Part shown: positions 45,666 through 54,845 of the stretch, one piece after another
Layout of the letters: each line of letters opens with the position of its first letter
Position numbering within the stretch: the first letter of the stretch is position 1
NCBI GenBank assembly: GCA_001303785.1
Contig: LJUJ01000003.1
Span: forward strand, 14,027 to 78,026
Reading direction: 5' to 3'
Source of the DNA: a candidate division WOR_3 bacterium SM23_42
Lineage (GTDB): Bacteria > Hydrothermota > Tepidihabitantia > SM23-42
DNA length: 64,000 bases
The notes under the pieces: generated by a model
Database searches by the model: none
What the model was told of the DNA's origin: nothing
The model's input: the letters and a program-made list of their open reading frames with translations, nothing else
Translations under genes and position numbers: made by a program

Positions 45666-47857
45666 TGGAAGAACATATATTAGACCTATACAATGATTTA
45701 CTTAAACTTCTAAGGATGGGTGTATACCTAGCAAGAACCTATCCTGACGGTCATCCTTCGCAGATGCGCACGGTGCAGCGGTTGCACAAGCTATTCAACG
45801 AACTCCGAATCGAAAAACGCGTTGTATCGATCGTCGTCATCGAGAATGTCTTAACGATTGAGAACGAGAGATTCGATTCACAGAAAATAAGCATCGTGAA
45901 ATATCTCGTGGATAGGTTTCATCAAATTGGCGTCAACAGTATCACCTTCAATACCGAAGTCTCGGAAAGCGACCTCAATGAATTCTTCTCTGTGATGTCG
46001 ATGCAACCCTCAGACATCGAAGACTTTGGCGATGTCGTTGCCGTGATGCGAATGCGGGACATTACCGGCGTAAAAGTTAATATCTACCGTGTAGGTGTTG
46101 TCTCCTCAGACGAGGACATGAGGGAATTGGATTGGGAGAACTTCCTCGAATCACTTATAACTGCGGAAACACCCAAGACAGAAGAAGAACGACTCAAGGA
46201 ATTAGGCAATTTCCTCGGCGTGCTTGGTGTTGACGGCAGCGACAGTACTGAAATTCAATCTAACAAAATAGTTGGCGGCCTCGAAAAACTCGCCCTCATG
46301 GTCGTGGACCGGTACGGCGAAGAACGATGGAATGAATACTCGTTAGTTTTTTCGAGAATCCTTGCCGTGCTATCACCCTCGGTCAAGAAGAATATCGTCC
46401 GGTACCGCACCGAGAATAAGAAACTTGCCGACCTATTCCGCAAGTTGGTGCCGACCATGGACGACGAGGACATCGTCGACATCGTCGTGACCATCGCCAA
46501 GAAGAAATCGCCCAGATCCGAAGATGACGTAGTGGACATCCTATCAAACGTCTCGAGCGTCAAGTTGCCAGATATCCTGACTACCTTAAGACAACGCGCT
46601 CCTGAATTCTACACACACAAGTTCGTGGACCGATTAATGGGTCAGGTGAAATCTAGGAAAGGTCCGGAAGCCGCGACCAAATTCGTGATTAGGAATCTTG
46701 AACTGGAGATGAAGAGCCAATTCCCCAAGCTGCGCAGCGCAAAAGCCGAGGAGCGAATAAAAGCAATCGAGGCTCTCATCAAATTCGCGGGTAAATTATT
46801 CGAGTCCAAGAATTACGACTTGGTTCGCCTCATGGCAAACCGACTGGATACAATGGCCGAGGCAGAATCTGACCTCAATGCCTTTGCCAAAGCCATCGAC
46901 GCCATGAAGATTCTCTACATCAAGGCACACGAAGATGAGGCCAGTGAGGTAATGGATTTCATTGCCAAGAAGTATGCAAAGTATTTGATGCGTAAAGACT
47001 CGATATTCCTCGAACGTAAGCGGTTCGTGATCAAGGCAATCGGTGAAACGAAGGATCCCACTTACATCCCTGAACTGATATCCTCACTGTGGGCAGCCGG
47101 CACTTACGCAGAAGCACGGGAAGCGTTGATTGCGCTTGCCGACCATTCCGCTCCCCTGTTGATTCAAACCCTCCGGGAGACCGAAGACTATTCGGTCAGA
47201 ATGAAAATCCTTGATATCTTGAAGAGGATGACGGATAGAGTTATACCCGAGGTAATCGGCTTGCTTAAGGCTGAAGAATGGTATGCGCGGCGTAATGGTG
47301 TGTTCATATTAGGCGAATTAAAGGCCGAATCGACGGTTGACGACATCGGGGCATTATTAAATGAAGATATCGAGCAGATACAGCTTGAGGTAGTGACGAG
47401 TTTAGGTAAAATCGGTGGTACCAGGTGTAAAGAATATATTCAGAAAGCACTCGGCAGCAAATACACCGACGTTACACTCGAGGCCATGAAGAACTTGGAC
47501 CCAGAAGATTTCAAAGAAAAAATCCCCGACGTCCTAGAATGGTTGAAGAGACAAAAGAGATTTCCGGATGAAGCAGAAGAACAGTTTAGATCCCGGGTCA
47601 TCGATGTTTTGGCCAAATGCAAATACGAATCGGTGATCAATGCACTTACTGCAGTGATCAAAGAACGCGCCTGGTTCAAGGGGAACTTACTTCAAGCGAC
47701 CAAGACGGCCGCCCTCAACGCACTTGCGCAAATCGGCACTCCAAAAGCAATGCAAGTCCTACAAAAAGCCGCCAACAACCGAAACCAGTTCATAGCCCTA
47801 ACCGCACAGGATGTGCTCCAGCGGGTTACAACCATACCTGAGGAAACCACGAGATAG
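45665..47857 (+). CDS. HEAT-repeat (PBS-lyase-like) protein with unrecognised N-terminal domain
   Basis: The C-terminal half holds multiple ~30-aa repeats of the form ...ARRNGVFILGELKAESTVDDIGALLNEDIEQIQLEVVTSLGKIGG..., typical of HEAT_2/PBS-lyase repeats. Start codon overlaps the previous stop (ATGG/TAATGG). Confidence 0.55.
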   Translation: MEEHILDLYNDLLKLLRMGVYLARTYPDGHPSQMRTVQRLHKLFNELRIEKRVVSIVVIENVLTIENERFDSQKISIVKYLVDRFHQIGVNSITFNTEVSESDLNEFFSVMSMQPSDIEDFGDVVAVMRMRDITGVKVNIYRVGVVSSDEDMRELDWENFLESLITAETPKTEEERLKELGNFLGVLGVDGSDSTEIQSNKIVGGLEKLALMVVDRYGEERWNEYSLVFSRILAVLSPSVKKNIVRYRTENKKLADLFRKLVPTMDDEDIVDIVVTIAKKKSPRSEDDVVDILSNVSSVKLPDILTTLRQRAPEFYTHKFVDRLMGQVKSRKGPEAATKFVIRNLELEMKSQFPKLRSAKAEERIKAIEALIKFAGKLFESKNYDLVRLMANRLDTMAEAESDLNAFAKAIDAMKILYIKAHEDEASEVMDFIAKKYAKYLMRKDSIFLERKRFVIKAIGETKDPTYIPELISSLWAAGTYAEAREALIALADHSAPLLIQTLRETEDYSVRMKILDILKRMTDRVIPEVIGLLKAEEWYARRNGVFILGELKAESTVDDIGALLNEDIEQIQLEVVTSLGKIGGTRCKEYIQKALGSKYTDVTLEAMKNLDPEDFKEKIPDVLEWLKRQKRFPDEAEEQFRSRVIDVLAKCKYESVINALTAVIKERAWFKGNLLQATKTAALNALAQIGTPKAMQVLQKAANNRNQFIALTAQDVLQRVTTIPEETTR

Positions 47858-47923
47858 AGATATACCCAAAACTGCACCGCCCGAGGGTTTACGAAAAGCA
47901 TACTAATCTGAACCGGTGTGAAC

Positions 47924-47951
47924 TTGACACCTAGGTAATTTCCGTTATAAT
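47924..47951 (+). promoter_or_regulatory. Sigma70-type promoter (TTGACA-N16-TATAAT) ending 5 nt before the hsp20 ATG; predicts a leaderless transcript
   Basis: TTGACA at 47924-47929 and TATAAT at 47946-47951; ATG at 47957. Confidence 0.45.
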
Positions 47952-47956
47952 CAACT

Positions 47957-48385
47957 ATGAAACGCCCAGTCTCAGAAAAAGATCTAGAAACGCACATTGA
48001 ATTCATCATCGACGACAACATTGATTACGATGACAGTAACGTCTTCCCAGAATTCGCTAACTGGCAACCACTGTATAATCTATACACTACACCTGAAGGT
48101 ATAATGATTCACCTTGAACTAGCAGGAGTAGATACACGCGACATAGTTATCTATTTGCGCACCAGACATATGATTATCATGGGCAACCGCACAACACCCC
48201 CCGGATTGACCGGGGATTGCTGTGTTTTTCACAATCTAGAAATTCCATATGGCCGCTTCATCCGTCGAATCGACTTTCCAATCCCAATCGAGACACGACA
48301 ACATCAACACGAAATGCGCGACGGGCTTCTAACCATACATTTAAAGACATTAGAGGAAAAAATCATCCCCATCGAAGGTGAGTAG
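47957..48385 (+). CDS. Hsp20/alpha-crystallin family small heat-shock protein
   Basis: IHLELAGVDTRDIVIYLRTRHMIIMGNR...YGRFIRRIDFP...DGLLTIHLK matches the alpha-crystallin domain beta-strand pattern. Confidence 0.7.
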   Translation: MKRPVSEKDLETHIEFIIDDNIDYDDSNVFPEFANWQPLYNLYTTPEGIMIHLELAGVDTRDIVIYLRTRHMIIMGNRTTPPGLTGDCCVFHNLEIPYGRFIRRIDFPIPIETRQHQHEMRDGLLTIHLKTLEEKIIPIEGE

Positions 48386-48441
48386 TGAAGGGATTTACAA
48401 GAACGATAAACATTAGTTGTCCTATTTTGTCAAAACAGTGA

Positions 48442-50787
48442 ATGGTTGATACGCTAATCAAAATCCCTGAAGAGCTTGGCATCATTCCTATCAAAGGTGG
48501 TGTCATATTCCCGGACCAGGTGGTGCCACTCATAATTCACACACAGAAGCTGGCAAAACTCATCGATGAAATCCTGACCACTAATAAGCTAGCCGGCGCC
48601 CTAACCCAAAGAAATCCAGACATTGAAGAACCGAAGCCTCATGAGGTATTCGACATCGGTTGTGTCATTCAGATCACAAAAATGCTCCGCTTCCCCGATG
48701 GCACCATCAGATTACTCATTAAGGGCCTTAAGCGCTTCCGGGTCACGGAATTCACTCAAGATCAACCGTATCTAAAGGCGAAAATAAATATTGTAACAAC
48801 GAAATATAAGAAAACCGTTGCGCTCGAAGCCATGATGCGCAACGTCGTGACCATGTTTCAACATCTCGTATCGCTCGCCCCTTATTTACCTGACGAGTAC
48901 GCTGCTGTGATCCTAAACATGGAATCTGCGGATAACCTCATCGACTTTGTGACCAGCACGATTAACTTCGACTACCACGAGAAGCAAGCTCTCCTTGAAA
49001 CGACAGAACCAAAAGAGCGCTTTGCAAAACTCATTCCCATGCTACAAAAGGAAATCAGCATACTCGAACTCGGTGCCAAGATTCGCTCCGACGTGAAGAG
49101 CGAGTTGGATAAAGGTCAGCGTGAATTCTATCTGCGCGAACAACTGAAGGCAATTCAAAAGGAGTTGGGCGAGACCGACGAACACGCGCGCGAGATCGAT
49201 GAATTGAGAAAGAAAATCTTGGAAGCAAGAATGCCCAAGGAGACCAATAAGGTAGCCCTGAAAGAACTCGACCGTCTGGCCAAGATGCCCCCCCACGCCG
49301 CCGAATATACGGTATCGAGAACCTATATTGATTGGCTAATTTCTTTACCCTGGTCGCTTTCTACACAGGACAACATGAACATCAAGCGGGCCCAGAAGAT
49401 ACTTGATGAGGATCACTACGATCTGGAAAAAGTCAAGGAACGAATACTCGAATACCTCGCGGTGAAAAAATTGAAACCGGACTCGAAGGGGACAATACTC
49501 TGCTTCATCGGACCGCCCGGTGTGGGCAAGACATCGCTCGGCAAATCCATTGCCCGCGCCCTGGGACGTAAGTTTATCAGAATCTCTTTGGGCGGAATCA
49601 GAGATGAAGCGGAGATCAGAGGGCATCGCAGAACTTATGTGGGCGCCTTGCCCGGAAGAATTATCCAGTCGGTCAAAAATTGCGGTACAAATAATCCTGT
49701 ATTCATGCTTGACGAAATTGACAAAGTAGGCACCGACTTCCGCGGGGATCCCTCTTCGGCTCTTTTGGAAGTACTCGACCCCGAACAGAATAATGCCTTT
49801 TCCGACCACTATCTAGAAGTACCTTTTGACCTCTCACGTGTCATGTTTATCGCAACTGGGAATATTATTGACCCCATTATCCCAGCACTTAAAGATCGCA
49901 TGGAGATGATTGAACTACCTGGTTATATACTAGAAGAAAAACTTGAAATTGCGAAGAAATATTTGATTCCGCGCCAGATACAAGAAAATGGCCTTAAGTC
50001 CAAGAACATATTGTTCGATGATGCAGCTGTCAAGCGCATTATCAGTGCCTACACAAAAGAAGCAGGGGTACGGAATCTCGAACGTCTTATTGGCTCCATC
50101 TGCCGCAAGGTAGCAAAGCGAATCGCCGAAGGCAAGCGGGGTAAGGTTAAGTTAAGTGCGAAAAAACTAACTCAATTCCTTGGACCTCAGAAAATTGTGC
50201 CTGAGGTTGCGGCCCGTGATGGTCAAATCGGTGTCGCAACCGGGCTCGCCTGGACTCCCTACGGTGGTGAAATTTTGTTCATCGAAACGCTTAAAACGAG
50301 AGGCAAGAAGGGTTTGATTCTAACCGGCCTTTTAGGCGACGTCATGAAGGAATCGTGCCAGGCGGCGCTTTCGTACTTAAAGACAAGAATGCGTGGTTGG
50401 GGAATTGCCTTGAGCGATCTCGAAAATCAAGAATTGCACATTCATATTCCTTCCGGGGCTATCCCTAAAGATGGCCCCTCTGCGGGACTCGCCGTCGTCA
50501 TGTCACTGGCCTCGCTTATTCGGAACAAATCAATTGATTCCAAGATCGCCTTTTCGGGTGAAATCACTCTTGCCGGCCGGGTTCTTCCAGTCGGAGGCAT
50601 CAAGGAAAAGGTAATTGCCGCAAAAAGGGCAGGTATCGAGAAGATTATGTTGCCCAAGGAGAACGAAAAAGATTTGCAGGAAATTCCCAAGCACGTGCGT
50701 GCCGGCCTGTCGTTCATCTTCGCGTCGAGAATCGATCAAGCGTTGAATAATATCTTTCACAACAAAAAACATAAGGTCAAGAAATGA
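48442..50787 (+). CDS. lon: ATP-dependent Lon protease (LonA)
   Basis: Lon N-domain, Walker A GPPGVGKTS, sensor/arginine finger regions, and a C-terminal protease domain with PKDGPSAG (catalytic Ser) and a Lys dyad. Confidence 0.95.
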   Translation: MVDTLIKIPEELGIIPIKGGVIFPDQVVPLIIHTQKLAKLIDEILTTNKLAGALTQRNPDIEEPKPHEVFDIGCVIQITKMLRFPDGTIRLLIKGLKRFRVTEFTQDQPYLKAKINIVTTKYKKTVALEAMMRNVVTMFQHLVSLAPYLPDEYAAVILNMESADNLIDFVTSTINFDYHEKQALLETTEPKERFAKLIPMLQKEISILELGAKIRSDVKSELDKGQREFYLREQLKAIQKELGETDEHAREIDELRKKILEARMPKETNKVALKELDRLAKMPPHAAEYTVSRTYIDWLISLPWSLSTQDNMNIKRAQKILDEDHYDLEKVKERILEYLAVKKLKPDSKGTILCFIGPPGVGKTSLGKSIARALGRKFIRISLGGIRDEAEIRGHRRTYVGALPGRIIQSVKNCGTNNPVFMLDEIDKVGTDFRGDPSSALLEVLDPEQNNAFSDHYLEVPFDLSRVMFIATGNIIDPIIPALKDRMEMIELPGYILEEKLEIAKKYLIPRQIQENGLKSKNILFDDAAVKRIISAYTKEAGVRNLERLIGSICRKVAKRIAEGKRGKVKLSAKKLTQFLGPQKIVPEVAARDGQIGVATGLAWTPYGGEILFIETLKTRGKKGLILTGLLGDVMKESCQAALSYLKTRMRGWGIALSDLENQELHIHIPSGAIPKDGPSAGLAVVMSLASLIRNKSIDSKIAFSGEITLAGRVLPVGGIKEKVIAAKRAGIEKIMLPKENEKDLQEIPKHVRAGLSFIFASRIDQALNNIFHNKKHKVKK

Positions 50788-51827
50788 TATTGCTTCTTTT
50801 TTTTCAGATAGAGTACCAGGTCATTAATAGAATACACGGCGATTCAGCACAAGAATTGGCGCTATACTACAAAATGCCTTCAAGAAGTCTTCAGTATTAT
50901 GCAAAAGACACATCTTTTCAGGGTGAATACGAGATCCAGGTAATAATATTCGACAAACACGATAACCAATTAACCGGAGATTACTGGCGCAAAACCGCAA
51001 CTGAGGATACCGTTGACATACAAGATTCGATCAAACTCTACATACCAAGCAACAGCGACTACTATGCTTTCAAAATCATCGATTTGCATGCTGGCGTAAT
51101 ATTTACAGCCACAGAGAAACTCATACAGGCAAGAAATTTGGGGAACGTATTCTGGGCGATTTCAAACGACAGGCTCAAATTATCATTTACGATCCTCAAT
51201 CGGCAAGGCGTTATAGACAGTACCGTTGCAACAATCGGTAATCTGAAACAAGCAAAAGCGGTAAGAAAAGGTTCGTATAATGACTCCATAATTTTTGACG
51301 TCGCCGGCTTATCCATCGATGAGCATCAGTTAAAACTCGAGTTGTACTCGGAGCAGGGCAAAATCGATGAATTAGTCATTCCAATCAAGGTTTCACGTCC
51401 GTTCTACCTAGACGAAGAAATGTGGTCCTTGAGGGTCGATCAGCTGCAGTATATAGCGACCCCACGGGAGATGGATAGGCTGAATAAGACCCTTGAACCG
51501 GAAAGGGATTCATTGTGGCGCGAATTCTGGAGTAAATTCGATCCGACACCAAACACCAGGTACAACGAAAGAGAAGCCGAGTATTTTGAACGCATAGCTT
51601 ATGCGGAAAAAAACTTCTCAAATGGAGATCTGGGCTGGCGCAGTGACCGAGCGAGAATCTTTGTGAAGAATGGACCTCCTGATGAGATTCAGCGTTATCC
51701 GTACGAAATAGATTCTTACCCTTACGTGATCTGGTATTACTATCAAAACAATCTGCGCTTCTTGTTTGTGGACCGTTATGGCTTCGGTCAGTACATACTC
51801 GCGAGTCCGGATGTTTTAGGCTTATGA
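50784..51827 (+). CDS. GWxTD-domain protein
   Basis: C-terminal ...SLWREFWSKFDPTPNT...NEREAEYFERIAYAEKNF...GDLGWRSDRARIFVKNGPPDEIQRYPY...YVIWYY...LRFLFVD... fits the GWxTD-domain core. Start ATG overlaps the lon stop (ATGA). The N-terminal ~230 aa is unassigned. Confidence 0.6.
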   Translation: MILLLFFQIEYQVINRIHGDSAQELALYYKMPSRSLQYYAKDTSFQGEYEIQVIIFDKHDNQLTGDYWRKTATEDTVDIQDSIKLYIPSNSDYYAFKIIDLHAGVIFTATEKLIQARNLGNVFWAISNDRLKLSFTILNRQGVIDSTVATIGNLKQAKAVRKGSYNDSIIFDVAGLSIDEHQLKLELYSEQGKIDELVIPIKVSRPFYLDEEMWSLRVDQLQYIATPREMDRLNKTLEPERDSLWREFWSKFDPTPNTRYNEREAEYFERIAYAEKNFSNGDLGWRSDRARIFVKNGPPDEIQRYPYEIDSYPYVIWYYYQNNLRFLFVDRYGFGQYILASPDVLGL

Positions 51828-53107
51828 TCATTTCAATCTGTCTGCTCATCGCCACCAGCGGAATAGAATTTCACACTGACCCTGTCGTGTATAGAACGAC
51901 ACTTGAGATAGAAGACACAATAAGCCATACCATAGAAACTGGAGAAATATTCTATGCCGAGTTCAACTGTGAAATCCCTTACAATGAGTTGGACTACGAA
52001 TCTGCCGAAGACATAATCTTTGCAAATGTAATCATACCATTCAAAATACGCGACCTCACCCGTCCCGATTCACTTATCGATACATTGTATCGCCAATTTA
52101 CACTTCCCTCGTTCTCTTATGCGGCAAAGCAACGCGTGTCGTTCATCGTTCAGTTTGGTACTTATCTGACCGAAGGTAGATTCAATTATTCCATCGAGAT
52201 ACTATCGGGCGACAAAAGAGGAATCAGCGAGGCGGTTCTTGAGATAACCGATGAAGATTATGGCATGAGTGATATACTGCTCTCCAGCGAGATAACTATC
52301 GATACCGCAGGCACCTACTTGAAGAAAGGTAACCTGAGAGTGATACCGCGTCCCTCACATTCATTCGACGAACGATTCGAGAATCTCTGTTTCTACTACG
52401 AATTGTATGACGTAGTTCCAACCTACGATACGGTAACTGCAACGTACCTAATCCTCAGTAGAGAGGGCAAGATAGTCCGGAAAATCTCAAGACCGATAGA
52501 CAAAGTCTTCCCATCACAAGCAGCCAACTGCGGATTCAATGTGCTGGGCCTCGAACCCGGTGAATACGACTTGCTTATTTCAATAGAAGATGATGAATCG
52601 AATGTCATAGTGCAGAAAGAAACTAGATTCAATATTTCCCGGGCTCAACGTAAGGAAGTGAGCTACGAGGGTATGCCCTACTACGATGAAATAGAATATC
52701 TTGTGGGTCCCCATGCTTACGACGAATTCAAACATCTTCCAGAAGAGGGCAAGAAGAGGTTCCTGGATAAATTCTGGCAAAAATATGATTATTATGAAAT
52801 CGCCGAGCGGTTTGAATACGCAGACGAGCATTACCGCTACGGTGGAAAACCAGGTAGCAAGACAGATCGGGGACGTATCTACATTAAGCGTGGCGACCCC
52901 GATGAAATAGATAGACCACAACCCTTGCAATTGCAGGAGAGCAGGCCATATGAACACTGGCAGTACCTTAATGGTGATGATTACATCTTCGTGGACATTG
53001 CCGGCACGAACAACTACGTCCTGGTCTGGACAAATGATCTTGACGAGCAGTCTCAACCTACTCTTTACAAGTATCTGCCACCCGAAAAACTCGACATTGT
53101 CCATTAA
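51824..53107 (+). CDS. GWxTD-domain protein (second, paralogous C-terminal domain)
   Basis: N-terminal signal-like MIISICLLIATSG. C-terminal ...KRFLDKFWQKYDYYE...EHYRYGGKPGSKTDRGRIYIKRGDPDEIDR...YEHWQY...YIFVD. ATGA overlap with the upstream gene. Confidence 0.6.
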   Translation: MIISICLLIATSGIEFHTDPVVYRTTLEIEDTISHTIETGEIFYAEFNCEIPYNELDYESAEDIIFANVIIPFKIRDLTRPDSLIDTLYRQFTLPSFSYAAKQRVSFIVQFGTYLTEGRFNYSIEILSGDKRGISEAVLEITDEDYGMSDILLSSEITIDTAGTYLKKGNLRVIPRPSHSFDERFENLCFYYELYDVVPTYDTVTATYLILSREGKIVRKISRPIDKVFPSQAANCGFNVLGLEPGEYDLLISIEDDESNVIVQKETRFNISRAQRKEVSYEGMPYYDEIEYLVGPHAYDEFKHLPEEGKKRFLDKFWQKYDYYEIAERFEYADEHYRYGGKPGSKTDRGRIYIKRGDPDEIDRPQPLQLQESRPYEHWQYLNGDDYIFVDIAGTNNYVLVWTNDLDEQSQPTLYKYLPPEKLDIVH

Positions 53108-53154
53108 ATCTTGCGCACATGGCCAATCGGTAATAGCCGGGCGGGGAGGATAAA

Positions 53155-53823
53155 ATGGCAACGAAGGATCTGGAAACAAAAATATCCGAAAAAATCCAAA
53201 AAGATATCACAGAAAAAGTAGCACAGCATTTACAGACTTTGAATCAAAATTTGAAATCTTATTTTATCGAGAATAAGGAAATCTGTGGCAAATTATTTGA
53301 AGAAATCAAATCGTTAAGGGAACTATTAGAACATTCGAAGATCGTTAAGAAAGAAACTATTGCAATCTTCGTTGACTCCCAAAACCTTTATTACTCGGCA
53401 CGCATGGGCTATGCCGCCAAGGTCAACTATGAAAAACTACTTCGCCTTGTTACCGGAAAGCGTAATCTCATAAAAGCATATGCCTATATTGTCCAGCCCC
53501 CTGAAGGTGATGTCAAACCGTTCGCCACGAGCCTTGAGCGTATCGGCTATATTGTGAAGACAAAAGATGTCAGGACTCGTGCCAATGGATCAGCCAAGGC
53601 AAACTGGGATATGGGAATCGCACTGGACATTCTCGGCATCATCGACCGAGTCGACACCATCGTCTTAGCCTCAGGCGACGGAGATTTTGTGCCCCTTGTT
53701 GATTTCATAAAGGGCACGGGTAAGCGCGTTGAGATATTCGCCTTTCCCGACAACACGGCGTACGACCTGAAGGAGAAAGCGGACCGTTTTGAACCGTTAG
53801 GAGAAAACGTCATCCTCACGTGA
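53155..53823 (+). CDS. NYN-domain (LabA/DUF88-like, PIN-fold) protein with N-terminal coiled-coil
   Basis: IAIFVDSQNLYY...KAYAY...DMGIALDILGIID.VDTIVLASGDGDFVPLVDFIKGTGKRVEIFAF is the NYN/LabA pattern with conserved acidic residues. GGAGG RBS upstream. Confidence 0.7.
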   Translation: MATKDLETKISEKIQKDITEKVAQHLQTLNQNLKSYFIENKEICGKLFEEIKSLRELLEHSKIVKKETIAIFVDSQNLYYSARMGYAAKVNYEKLLRLVTGKRNLIKAYAYIVQPPEGDVKPFATSLERIGYIVKTKDVRTRANGSAKANWDMGIALDILGIIDRVDTIVLASGDGDFVPLVDFIKGTGKRVEIFAFPDNTAYDLKEKADRFEPLGENVILT

Positions 53824-53886
53824 CGAGCTTCATGTTTCTGGTGCATCAGAACCAACACCGAGGTTTCTGATCGACACCCACGTCTG

Positions 53887-54723
53887 ATGATTGACTATCA
53901 CATTCACACACACCATTCCATAGACGCTGCGGGCACAGTAACCGAATACTGCGATCGTGCCCTTGAAATCGGCCTCAGGGAAATCTGCTTCACAAACCAC
54001 TGCGAGCTGGATCCAAAACGCGACGATTCATTCATCAGTTTTGACGGCGAACGGGAACCCTTCTCGAGAGAAGGTCTCAAGAGATTGCGAAAGGAGATAT
54101 TCGAGGCGCGTGACAAATACAAGAAACAAGGTCTCACCGTTAAATTTGGAATTGAGGTTGGTTATTATGAAGGGATCGAGCTTCGGCTCCAAGATATAAT
54201 CGAGGGAACCGAGCTTGATTTTGTCATCGGCGCGGTCCATTGCCTCGAACATATTTGCATCGACAGCTCTAAGGAGTGCAAGAAATACTTCGATCAATAC
54301 GATGCCCAACAGCTCATGCAAAACTATTTTATGACTGTCGAACACTTGATAGGAAGTAATACGTTCGATTCCCTCGCTCATATAGATGTCTACAAGAAAT
54401 ATGGAAAGGATCACTATGGTAATGTCATCAACAACGTCCCTCGTGATATCATGAACCACATCTTTCGCCTGATTAAAGAGAATCACATCGCCCTAGAAAT
54501 CAATACGGCCGGCATGCGCTTCATGAACGAATTCTATCCGGCACCGAGGTTGATGAAAATGGCACATGAAAAAGGCATCGAGTTAATTACCATCGGCTCA
54601 GATAGTCATCGTCCCGAAGATCTCGGGAAGGATCTAACATTGGCATTCGAATATTTAAGAACCAACGGCTTTAATACCGTTTGCACGTTTGACAAAAGAA
54701 AACCATCCAGACAGAAATTTTGA
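53887..54723 (+). CDS. PHP-family phosphoesterase (histidinol-phosphatase HisJ/HisK-like)
   Basis: MIDYHIHTHHS...ICFTNH...GIEVGY...DFVIGAVH...SLAHIDV...SDSH gives metal-binding His/Asp motifs in PHP order. Confidence 0.7.
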   Translation: MIDYHIHTHHSIDAAGTVTEYCDRALEIGLREICFTNHCELDPKRDDSFISFDGEREPFSREGLKRLRKEIFEARDKYKKQGLTVKFGIEVGYYEGIELRLQDIIEGTELDFVIGAVHCLEHICIDSSKECKKYFDQYDAQQLMQNYFMTVEHLIGSNTFDSLAHIDVYKKYGKDHYGNVINNVPRDIMNHIFRLIKENHIALEINTAGMRFMNEFYPAPRLMKMAHEKGIELITIGSDSHRPEDLGKDLTLAFEYLRTNGFNTVCTFDKRKPSRQKF

Positions 54724-54845
54724 GATTTTTACGAAATTCACCACGTCGACACACAAGTACCGACAATGCGATTTTTCCTTGAAAAATGGGCGTTTTTGGC
54801 AATTCGCCTTATTGACTGAGGCCGATTTTTGGGTATAATTCTGTA

